Assembly (NCBI GenBank): GCA_030614005.1
Contig: JAUWKS010000001.1
Coordinates: 141,056-173,055, forward strand
DNA from: Candidatus Heimdallarchaeota archaeon
Lineage (GTDB): Archaea; Asgardarchaeota; Heimdallarchaeia; JABLTI01
Direction: 5' to 3'
Length of the DNA: 32,000 nt
Shown: in pieces, positions 31,788 through 32,000 of the stretch
Numbering within the stretch: position 1 is the stretch's first letter
Layout of the letters: the number at the start of each line of letters is the position of its first letter
The notes under the pieces: generated by a model
What the model was told of the DNA's origin: nothing
Seen by the model: the letters and a program-made list of their open reading frames with translations, nothing else
Databases searched by the model: none
Made by a program: the position numbers and the translations under genes

Positions 31788-32000
31788 TCAGTATGTTTTC
31801 AGTATATTTTCAACAAGTTCTAATTGTAATTCATTTAATTCGAAATTTTCTTTCATTTTAACTAATTTAGAAAAACCAATTCCTTTACCATCTTCTAGAT
31901 TTGTTAGCGCACAAGCAATTTCAACTTTTCTTTCAGAATAGACAGCACTATCTAAAGCTTTTGAGAGTGAATCAATAGCGGATTTGTCTCCAATCTCACC
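31788..32000 (-). CDS. 3' end of a HEAT-repeat (PBS-lyase-like) protein, 5'-partial
   Basis: Manual translation: GEIGDKSAIDSLSKALDSAVYSERKVEIACALTNLEDGKGIGFSKLVKMKENFELNELQLELVENILKTY*, with TGA at 31788-31790. It is absent from the ORF track because the start lies outside the window. Confidence 0.65.
   Translation of the reverse strand, partial: GEIGDKSAIDSLSKALDSAVYSERKVEIACALTNLEDGKGIGFSKLVKMKENFELNELQLELVENILKTY

Noticed and set aside
1-32000. rRNA, tRNA, CRISPR arrays, transposases or integrases
   Set aside because: None were recognised by eye. The intergenic regions are short and AT-rich with no regularly spaced repeats. A covariance-model scan was not possible.

Overview
AT-rich window (roughly one-third GC by eye, not computed) that reads as archaeal and most likely Asgard/Heimdallarchaeia-like. 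This is an inference from a TPR-longin-like fusion, a TFS/RpoM-like zinc ribbon, archaeal-type ThiI and wHTH genes, GGTG/GGAG ribosome-binding sites and TATA-like promoters. The first 16 kb hold mostly housekeeping or accessory genes: a bactofilin-like beta-helix repeat protein, GNAT, TPR-longin protein, M42 peptidase, MFS transporter, FKBP, DUF998-like protein, nadB, a frameshifted alpha/beta hydrolase, an MBL hydrolase, two small Zn-ribbon proteins, a ThiI-like protein with a degenerate PP-loop, a wHTH and a TPR protein. The standout is 16.3-31.6 kb. It carries a 3576-aa single-chain type I FAS/PKS-like megasynthase with the order ER(FabK/PfaD-like)x2-KS-AT-KS-ACP-ACP-KR-DH-PPTase. Both ACPs have Thr (GIDTVK) at the usual phosphopantetheine Ser position. 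The megasynthase is clustered with a complete three-subunit biotin-dependent acyl-CoA carboxylase and a Ser-Asp-His hydrolase, which suggests a self-activating, self-supplying acyl-chain (fatty acid or polyketide lipid) pathway in an apparent archaeon. No rRNA, tRNA, CRISPR array or transposase was recognised.
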